Position numbers and translations under genes: made by a program. Source: an uncultured Ignavibacteriales bacterium (GTDB taxonomy: Bacteria; Bacteroidota; Ignavibacteria; Ignavibacteriales; Ignavibacteriaceae). Taken from it: DNA of 40,000 nucleotides. How positions within the stretch are numbered: the first letter of the stretch is position 1; every line of letters starts with the position of its first letter. Where the stretch lies: positions 58,853 through 98,852 of the forward strand of contig CAWKCY010000002.1 of the NCBI GenBank assembly GCA_963848195.1, given 5' to 3'. The notes beneath the pieces are model-generated. The model ran no database searches. It was not told the DNA's origin and saw nothing but the letters and a program-made list of their open reading frames with translations. Below, piece by piece: positions 35,965-40,000 of the stretch.

Positions 35965-36902
35965 AAAAACTCCTAGCTCTTTTCTTCATCCTAAGCTGTC
36001 TAGCTTATGCACAGGGCATTTCAGTAAAAGCTTTTACCGATTCCTCCGATTACCAGGTTGGTGATTATATAAATTTAATCATTCAGGTTGAGCACAATAA
36101 AGATGTAAGCATATCCAGCCCTGTAATATCAGACAGCACTTCAAAAATTGAATTGATAAAACAAGAATCCCCTGAAATCGAAAATCATGAAGGGAATTTA
36201 ATATCCACCTTTAGATATATAATTTCTAAATACGACTCCGGAAATGTAACTATTCCGCCTATTCCTGTGCTTTATAAGGTAAAGGGAAATGAGGAATTAC
36301 AAACCGCATTTACCAATGAAGTCCACTTTACGGTTCATACTTTACAAATTCAGCCGGGAGGACAAATTAAAGATGTTAAAGCACCAATTAAAATTCCGCT
36401 CGATTGGAAAGAAATCCTGCTCTGGGTTTTGATCGGACTAATTATCCTTGGTATAGCTTTCTACTTTTATAGACGGTATAAAAAGAAGAAGATGGCCGAT
36501 ACAACGAGAATCCGGAAAGTAATAGAAAAACCGCCCCACGTAATAGCTATTTATGAATTGAGAGCCCTGGAACAAGAGCAGCTCTGGCAAAAAGGTTCGA
36601 TTAAAGAATATCATTCGAGAATTACTGAAATAATCAGAAGATATTTCCAGGATCAATTTTATCTCCCAGCTCTTGAATTAACTACTTCGGAAGTGATGCA
36701 GTATTTGAAACAAGTTAGAAGAGCCGGAATTATAACAGAAACAACTTATAATTTTTTAAGTAACGCTGATCTTGTAAAATTTGCAAAATTCAAACCTATG
36801 GCTTCAATTAATGAAGAGATGATGAAACAGGCTATCGAAATTGTGGAAAAAACCAAACCGGCACCTGAAAAAGAAATAAGCACAGAGGTTACCAATGCTT
36901 AA
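35958..36902 (+). CDS. membrane protein of the Bat cluster (BatD-like N-domain, single TM, DUF4381-like C-terminus)
   Basis: Signal peptide, a central TM helix (ILLWVLIGLIILGIAFYFY), and its position between DUF58 and batA. Confidence 0.6.
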   Translation: MVKKLLALFFILSCLAYAQGISVKAFTDSSDYQVGDYINLIIQVEHNKDVSISSPVISDSTSKIELIKQESPEIENHEGNLISTFRYIISKYDSGNVTIPPIPVLYKVKGNEELQTAFTNEVHFTVHTLQIQPGGQIKDVKAPIKIPLDWKEILLWVLIGLIILGIAFYFYRRYKKKKMADTTRIRKVIEKPPHVIAIYELRALEQEQLWQKGSIKEYHSRITEIIRRYFQDQFYLPALELTTSEVMQYLKQVRRAGIITETTYNFLSNADLVKFAKFKPMASINEEMMKQAIEIVEKTKPAPEKEISTEVTNA

Positions 36903-37890
36903 AGGTATTTCTTTTGCCTATCCTTGGGTGCTATATTTTCTTATAATTATTCCTTTGATGCTCGTCTGGTACTGGATGAAGGGAAGAAAAAAACAACCTT
37001 CTATAACCTATTCATCACTAAGTATTTTTCAGAATATAGCTTTTAGCTGGCGTGAACGATTCAGGCATTTCCCGGTTATTCTAAGGGTTCTTGCTATTGC
37101 ATTGTTAATTATTGCATTGGCAAGACCTCAGAATTTTTCCTCCGGAGAAAATATCTATACCGAAGGAATTGATATTGCTATGGTTCTTGATATCTCAGGC
37201 AGTATGCTCGCTGAAGATTTAAAGCCTAACCGGATTGAAGCTGCTAAAGATGTTATAGATAATTTTATTAAAGGCAGAACTTCAGACAGAATTGGACTGG
37301 TTATTTTTGCAAGAGATAGTTTTACTCAATGCCCTTTAACAGTAGATTATCCCGTTCTTCGAAACCTGCTCAGCCAGGTAAAAAGCGGGATGATTGAAGA
37401 TGGAACTGCCATCGGGAATGCAATTGCTAATGGTGTAAACAGACTCAAAAATAGTAAAGCAAAAAGCAAGGTAATTATTCTCCTGACTGACGGTGTTAAC
37501 AACAGCGGGGAAGTCGATCCCGTCTTTGCGGCACAAATTGCTAAAACCTTTGGTATAAGAGTTTATACAATCGGAGTAGGTACTAAAGGAGAAGCTCCGT
37601 ATCCGGTGCAGACTCCTTTTGGAACAAGATATCAAATGATTCCTGTGGAAATAGATGAGTCTGTCTTACAACAGATTTCTAAGATTACCGGTGGAGAGTA
37701 TTTCAGAGCAACGAATAACAAAACTTTAGCAGACATCTATGATAAAATAGATAAATTAGAAAAGTCCAAGGTTGAAATAACTTCATACCGCAATGCAAAA
37801 GAATTATTCTACGGCTGGCTCGGTGCCGGTTTGTTCTTATTGGTCTTAGAGGTTGGATTATCAAAATCAGTTTTTAGAAAATTACCATAA
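36895..37890 (+). CDS. batA: vWA-domain aerotolerance protein BatA
   Basis: N-terminal TM helices, a vWA MIDAS motif (LDISGSM) and a C-terminal TM helix. Confidence 0.85.
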   Translation: MLKGISFAYPWVLYFLIIIPLMLVWYWMKGRKKQPSITYSSLSIFQNIAFSWRERFRHFPVILRVLAIALLIIALARPQNFSSGENIYTEGIDIAMVLDISGSMLAEDLKPNRIEAAKDVIDNFIKGRTSDRIGLVIFARDSFTQCPLTVDYPVLRNLLSQVKSGMIEDGTAIGNAIANGVNRLKNSKAKSKVIILLTDGVNNSGEVDPVFAAQIAKTFGIRVYTIGVGTKGEAPYPVQTPFGTRYQMIPVEIDESVLQQISKITGGEYFRATNNKTLADIYDKIDKLEKSKVEITSYRNAKELFYGWLGAGLFLLVLEVGLSKSVFRKLP

Positions 37891-37959
37891 AAGTACTTAG
37901 TTTGTGGTTTGTTGATTGTAGTTAATTGTAAATTGTTAATTATTCATTGTTAATTAAAA

Positions 37960-39003
37960 ATGTTTCGATTCGCGCATCCTGAATATTTATATGCTCTTTA
38001 TGCAGTTCCTTTATTTATAGTGCTGTTCTGGTACTTATCGAGGAATAGGAAAAAATTACTCGAAAAGTTCGCACAGAAAGACCTGCAAAAATTGCTTTTG
38101 CCCAACTATAGCTGGTTAAAAACCTCCCTAAAGTATGGAATCATAATTCTGGTTTTTATTCTTCTAGTTGTTGCAGCTGCTAATCCTCAGGTTGGTACAA
38201 GGATGGAAGAAGTAAAACAAACCGGAATTGATGTCTATATTTGTCTTGATGTCTCCTTAAGTATGAAAGCTGAGGATATTAAACCAAACAGGCTTGATAG
38301 AGCAAAATTTCAAATTTCCAACCTAATTCAAAAATTACAAGGTGATAGGATCGGGCTAATAATTTTTGCCGGTCAGGCTTATGTTCAATTCCCCCTTACT
38401 TCAGATTATTCGGCTGCAAATTTATTCCTGAATGCCGTCGATGTTAACTCGGTTCCGCAGCCCGGAACAGCCATTGCTTCTGCCATCAATCTTGCTGTTA
38501 AATCTTTTGATTATAAAACCAGCACTCAAAAAGCAATTGTAGTTATTACAGATGGTGAAGATCATGAAGGTGATGTTACTCAAGCCGTGAAAGATGCCGT
38601 AGCTAAGGATATAAAAATTTATACTATCGGGTTAGGTTCACCCGACGGCGTTCCCATCCCCCTTTATGATAACAACGGGCAGCAGATAGGTTTCAAAAAA
38701 GATAGAGACGGGAATGTAGTATTAACTAAGTTGGATGCATCAATTCTGCAGGAGATCGCATCTGCTGGTAAAGGACAATATTTTCACGGTTCAAATTATG
38801 AAGACCAGCTGAATGATATTTATAATGATTTATCGAAACTTGAAAAGACCGAGTTTGGTGTAAAAAAGGTTACTGATTACGAAGATCGATTTTATTATTT
38901 TTTAATACCCGGTTTGATTCTTCTTGTTATGGAATTTTTTATCAGTGAATCTAAATCTCCTTTATTTAGCAAGCTGAATAGGAAACTAGGTCTGGAAAAA
39001 TAA
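37960..39003 (+). CDS. batB: vWA-domain aerotolerance protein BatB
   Basis: A second TM-vWA-TM protein (LDVSLSM, TDGEDHEG). Confidence 0.85.
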   Translation: MFRFAHPEYLYALYAVPLFIVLFWYLSRNRKKLLEKFAQKDLQKLLLPNYSWLKTSLKYGIIILVFILLVVAAANPQVGTRMEEVKQTGIDVYICLDVSLSMKAEDIKPNRLDRAKFQISNLIQKLQGDRIGLIIFAGQAYVQFPLTSDYSAANLFLNAVDVNSVPQPGTAIASAINLAVKSFDYKTSTQKAIVVITDGEDHEGDVTQAVKDAVAKDIKIYTIGLGSPDGVPIPLYDNNGQQIGFKKDRDGNVVLTKLDASILQEIASAGKGQYFHGSNYEDQLNDIYNDLSKLEKTEFGVKKVTDYEDRFYYFLIPGLILLVMEFFISESKSPLFSKLNRKLGLEK

Positions 39004-39016
39004 GTATAAGGTTTAT

Positions 39017-39778
39017 ATGAAAATTTTATCAAATTTACTTGGATTGGCTATTATATTTTTAAGCTGTAATTATTATTTAAACGCACAGAGTGTTCGTAAT
39101 TTAAATAATAAAGGAGTAGATCTTTACAAAGAGGGAAAGTTTGCCGATTCAGAAGTAAATTTTAAAAAGGGAGCATTAAAAGATCCTAAGACTTTTGAAA
39201 CGAACTTCAATCTAGGCGATGCATATTATAAACAAGGAAGGTATGACGATGCTATTAAATCTTATCAATCTGCATTAAGTGAAACCGAAAGCTCCACTCA
39301 AAAAGCAAAAGTTTTTCACAATATTGGAAATTCTTTATTAAAAGATAAGAAGATAAAGGAAAGTATCGGCGCTTATAAAAATTCATTAAAGCTTAATCCT
39401 AATGACGAAGAAACTAAATATAATCTCTCTTATGCTTTATCAATGTTGAAAAATCAACAGAATAACAAGCAGCAGAATAAGAACGATAAGAATAATAAAA
39501 ATAACAAGGACCAGAATAAAGATAAAAACCAGGATAAGAACCAGAACAAAGATAAAAATCAGGATAAGCAGAAGAATGAGGATCAGAATAAAAACCAACA
39601 GAATAAACCGAATAATGAAACTGCAAAACAGGATAATTTGAAGCAGCCTGAAAAGAATAAAATTTCTAAAGAAGAAGCTAATAGAATTTTAGATGCTCTA
39701 AAAAATAACGAAACTGACTTACAAAAAAAGCTTCGTAAAAAAAGCGGAACTGTTGTTAAAACTGATAAGGACTGGTAA
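39017..39778 (+). CDS. batC: TPR-repeat protein BatC with a K/N/Q/D-rich low-complexity tail
   Basis: Signal peptide and TPR repeats (GDAYYKQGRYDDAIKSYQSAL), followed by (NKDQ)n. Confidence 0.8.
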   Translation: MKILSNLLGLAIIFLSCNYYLNAQSVRNLNNKGVDLYKEGKFADSEVNFKKGALKDPKTFETNFNLGDAYYKQGRYDDAIKSYQSALSETESSTQKAKVFHNIGNSLLKDKKIKESIGAYKNSLKLNPNDEETKYNLSYALSMLKNQQNNKQQNKNDKNNKNNKDQNKDKNQDKNQNKDKNQDKQKNEDQNKNQQNKPNNETAKQDNLKQPEKNKISKEEANRILDALKNNETDLQKKLRKKSGTVVKTDKDW

Positions 39779-39828
39779 AAAGTTAAGCTTATCCGTTTGA
39801 ACCATGGAATTTGAATTGTAATACTTTA

Positions 39829-40000
39829 TGCAAAAAATATCAAATATTAAAATATTATTGCTATTTCTTTTATTTGGGAAAATAATTCTTTCCCAGACAT
39901 TTACTGCCTCTGTAGATAATAATAAAGTCGGGATAAATGACAGATTCCAGGTATCTTTTACCTTCTCCGGGACAGACATAAATAATATTAAAAATTATAA
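39829..40000 (+). CDS. batD: BatD-like oxygen-tolerance protein, N-terminal fragment running off the window
   Basis: Own translation: MQKISNIKILLLFLLFGKIILSQTFTASVDNNKVGINDRFQVSFTFSGTDINNIKNY. Not in the ORF track (truncated by the window end). Confidence 0.65.

Noticed and set aside
34413-39979. Antisense ORFs in the moxR-bat cluster (34413-34601, 35226-35618, 35882-36064, 36438-36656, 37336-37635, 39414-39626, 39719-39979)
   Set aside because: They lie inside or opposite confident operon genes. 39719-39979 is opposite the batD start, which is better supported by its signal peptide and conserved N-terminus.

Overview
Low-GC (about one third G+C by eye) chromosomal segment. T9SS C-terminal sorting domains and a MoxR/DUF58/BatA-D aerotolerance cluster suggest an FCB-group bacterium (Ignavibacteriota/Bacteroidota-like); this is inference. 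Core genes flank both sides: Ldh_2 fragment, carB, carA, a PIN-PhoH ATPase and a membrane protein on the left (1-6850); mnmA, moxR, DUF58 and batA-D on the right (32930-40000). The centre (about 6953-29932) is a roughly 23 kb sedentary chromosomal integron. It has an IntI-type tyrosine recombinase (29009-29932, minus) with the IntI-specific extra domain. A putative attI follows, ending in a GTTAGGC junction (28438-28444). About 15 minus-strand cassettes are each followed by an unusually long attC (187-321 bp) with R''/R' boxes (RYYYAAC...GTTRRRY), covarying L boxes and a conserved bulged T. intI is transcribed towards the cassettes, which is the 'inverted integrase' layout. Cassettes encode three TA pairs (mntA-hepT, mazEF, higBA-like), DinB, a DUF4375/DMP19-like protein, and several small outer-membrane beta-barrel and lipoprotein genes. 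Several cassette genes are decayed (BNR/T9SS protein, MutS-like ATPase). The most unusual observation is an IS91-family-like element (tyrosine recombinase plus Zn-ribbon Y2 HUH transposase). It sits at the same position of the attC R'' box in five different cassettes: one intact copy (23415-25823) and four decayed copies or fragments. Other points of interest: four tandem 18-bp palindromes (ATGTCTA-N4-TAGACAT) in the attI region, a small conserved ORF between intI and attI, a 115-bp tandem duplication, and several strand-biased short tandem ('stutter') repeats in intergenic regions. All homology statements rest on my reading of the translated ORFs. No database search was run.
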